DNA of 64,000 nucleotides from Plasmodiophora brassicae (Eukaryota): NCBI GenBank assembly GCA_036867785.1, contig CP145410.1, positions 558,001 to 622,000 of the forward strand, read 5' to 3'. Shown piece by piece: positions 63,070 to 64,000 of this stretch (position 1 is its first letter; each line of letters starts with the position of its first letter). The notes under the pieces were generated by a model. It saw only the letters and a program-made list of their open reading frames with translations, ran no database searches and was not told where the DNA came from. The position numbers and the translations under genes were made by a program.

Positions 63070-64000
63070 GGCGGTGGTGAGAAGCAGGAGGAGCAGGAGG
63101 AGGTCCAGGAGCGACGTTCCGGACGAGAACGAAAGGCACCTGTTCGATATGGGTTCGACGAATACGCCGGGATGGCGATTGAGGAAATGCTCATGACGAC
63201 CCAAGGAGACCCGAGAACGAGGCGCGAGGCGCTGGAGTCGGCGGATGCAGAAAAGTGGCAAGTCGCGACTGATAACGAGTTGTAAAGCCTGAACAAGAAC
63301 CGAACTTGGGAGCTGTGCCCAAGACCAGCTGGACGGAAGGTCATCGACGGACGCTGGGTGTTCAAACTGAAACGGGACCAGGACGGCAACCCGTCCCGTT
63401 ACAAAGCTCGCTATGTTGCACCGCCTTGATCTTTCTTTCATCCCCGACGGTGATCTCCACCGGAACCTTCAGAGCTTCGTAATTCTGGAATCTTGTCTTG
63501 TCACCACACCGCCTTGGCTGCTTTCATTTGCTCCGCCTCGTTCTCCGACTCCGCGCCGGGAACCTCTCCGTCGTCCTCCGAGTCGTCCGTGATCAGATCG
63601 GGGACATCCTCGTCGTCCAACTCCGCGCTGCGACCTCGCTGGCCTCCTCCAGCAGATACGCCGTGAGCAGGAACTCCTGCTTTGCTGCCTTGGCTGACTC
63701 CTTCGACTTGTTTCTGCAGTCTTTCGCCAGATGGCCCTGTTTTCCGCACTCAACAGTTGCGCGTTTCCTTCACCTTTCTTTTGCTCTTCTTCCGCGACAC
63801 CGTCTTGTCGCCCGTGAAGAGAGCCGATTCACCATCACCGTTCTCGCCACCCTTCTTGCGTCGCAGCCTAGCATCCTCCAGGAGGAGATCGCTGCAGATC
63901 GCCTCCACCGTCGGATTTGCCACTCGCAGTAGTACAGTTACAGCAACTTGCAAGTGCTTCGCACTTCGCAGTCACGTTTGTGAGCAGCACCTGACAAATT
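62124..64000. mobile_element. Degenerate, rearranged Ty1/copia LTR-retrotransposon (continues beyond window)
   Basis: Minus: gag knuckle C*ECGKQGHLAKDC (~63715-63755), protease-region remnant (~63420-63500) and integrase (GIKHEKSVP..QNGVAERMGRTLLEMAR, WAEAVNTSCYLRNR, KKLDSKARRGVFVGY; 62124-62654). Plus: duplicate integrase C-terminus running into the RT start (DPRTRREAL..W..EL*SL.KNRTWEL..RWVFKLK..RYKARYVA; 62655-63420). Multiple stops and deletions. Confidence 0.92.

Noticed and set aside
62490-63760. In-frame TGA codons in copia as possible recoding or an alternative genetic code
   Set aside because: Accompanied by TAA stops and deletions, and host genes use TGA as a normal stop; simple decay.

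Overview
Gene-dense eukaryotic genomic window with many short spliceosomal introns (~45-80 nt, mostly GT-AG, at least two GC-AG) and intergenic gaps often under 300 bp. An EFL gene, flagellar genes, compact intron-rich genes and ankyrin/secreted ORFs suggest a flagellated protist, plausibly a plasmodiophorid such as Plasmodiophora (inference, not verified). About 35 genes could be reconstructed by hand. They include CK1, kinesin-II, mito L27 and S6, PPIL6, a CocE hydrolase, an M1AP-like protein, RSP3, BUD13, a WDR26-like protein with a duplicated LisH-CTLH module, homoserine dehydrogenase, an intron-containing MscL, HOP1/HORMAD, NAD kinase, TXNDC9, EFL, STN1-like, MYND and SANT proteins, SRP14, CFAP100, NBS1, U2AF35, PITH, SWEET, TRMT2A, DTWD1, a small secreted protein and an ankyrin protein, followed by a scrambled Ty1/copia relic. 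Top candidate for a new system: three paralogues that fuse a membrane anchor, a von Hippel-Lindau beta-like domain (hydroxyproline reader) and a prolyl-4-hydroxylase (writer), each with the first iron-binding His on an 11-nt microexon. Second: a ~410-450 bp inverted duplication of dead copia integrase sequence that could make hairpin dsRNA. All family calls are by-eye motif recognition from memory; no searches were run and exon boundaries are manual predictions.
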